Assembly (NCBI RefSeq): GCF_001194135.2
Contig: NC_068992.1
Coordinates: 56,051,591 to 56,111,767, forward strand
From: Octopus bimaculoides
Taxonomy: Eukaryota
Length of the DNA: 60,177 nt
Direction of reading: 5' to 3'
Below, piece by piece: positions 60,017-60,177 of the stretch. Both the position numbers and the translations under genes were made by a program. Below the pieces are notes generated by a model that made no database searches, was not told where the DNA came from, and saw only the letters and a list, made by a program, of their open reading frames with translations. Every line of letters starts with the position of its first letter. Positions within the stretch are counted from its first letter, which is position 1.

Positions 60017-60177
60017 TGTGCGGGTGACACGTAAAAGCACCCACTACACTCTCTGAGTGGTTGGCGTTAGGAAGGGCATCCAGCTGTAGAAACTCTGCCA
60101 AATCAGACTGGAGCCTGGTGTTGCCATCCGGTTTCACCAGTCCTCAGTCAAATCGTCCAACCCATGCTAGCATGGAA
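60017..60177 (+). mobile_element. SINE family B, young subfamily (runs off the window)
   Basis: Starts immediately after (TA)n; one mismatch to 10753-10903. Confidence 0.9.

Overview
AT-rich, gapped eukaryotic scaffold. The tRNA-derived SINE repertoire and dense microsatellites point to an octopus (coleoid cephalopod) genome; this is inference. Three complete multi-exon genes were rebuilt by hand, with every intron GT-AG and all phases consistent. TPGS2 (+): 9 coding exons, 4715-17565, 300 aa. POLH, DNA polymerase eta (-): 10 coding exons, 44184-31891, 838 aa. RGP1 (-): 8 coding exons, 56202-50079, 390 aa. The ~14 kb between the convergent TPGS2 and POLH 3' ends is a graveyard of decayed elements: RTE and Tx1/L1-like LINEs, pogo, Tigger, mariner, maT, hAT, gypsy gag and a duplicated ankyrin pseudogene. 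I found no clearly new enzymatic system, CRISPR array, rRNA or bona fide tRNA gene. The best leads are regulatory or structural. POLH carries a recursive-splice/7-nt microexon signature and two MITEs with (TTAGGG)4 G-quadruplex cores around its 5' end, and inverted SINEs enclose its in-frame 66-nt exon. A young SINE subfamily repeatedly abuts (TA)n tracts. TPGS2 has an RFX X-box promoter and an in-frame competing donor. Protein identifications rest on recalled similarity to human orthologues, not on database searches. TE boundaries are approximate unless TIR/TSD are given.
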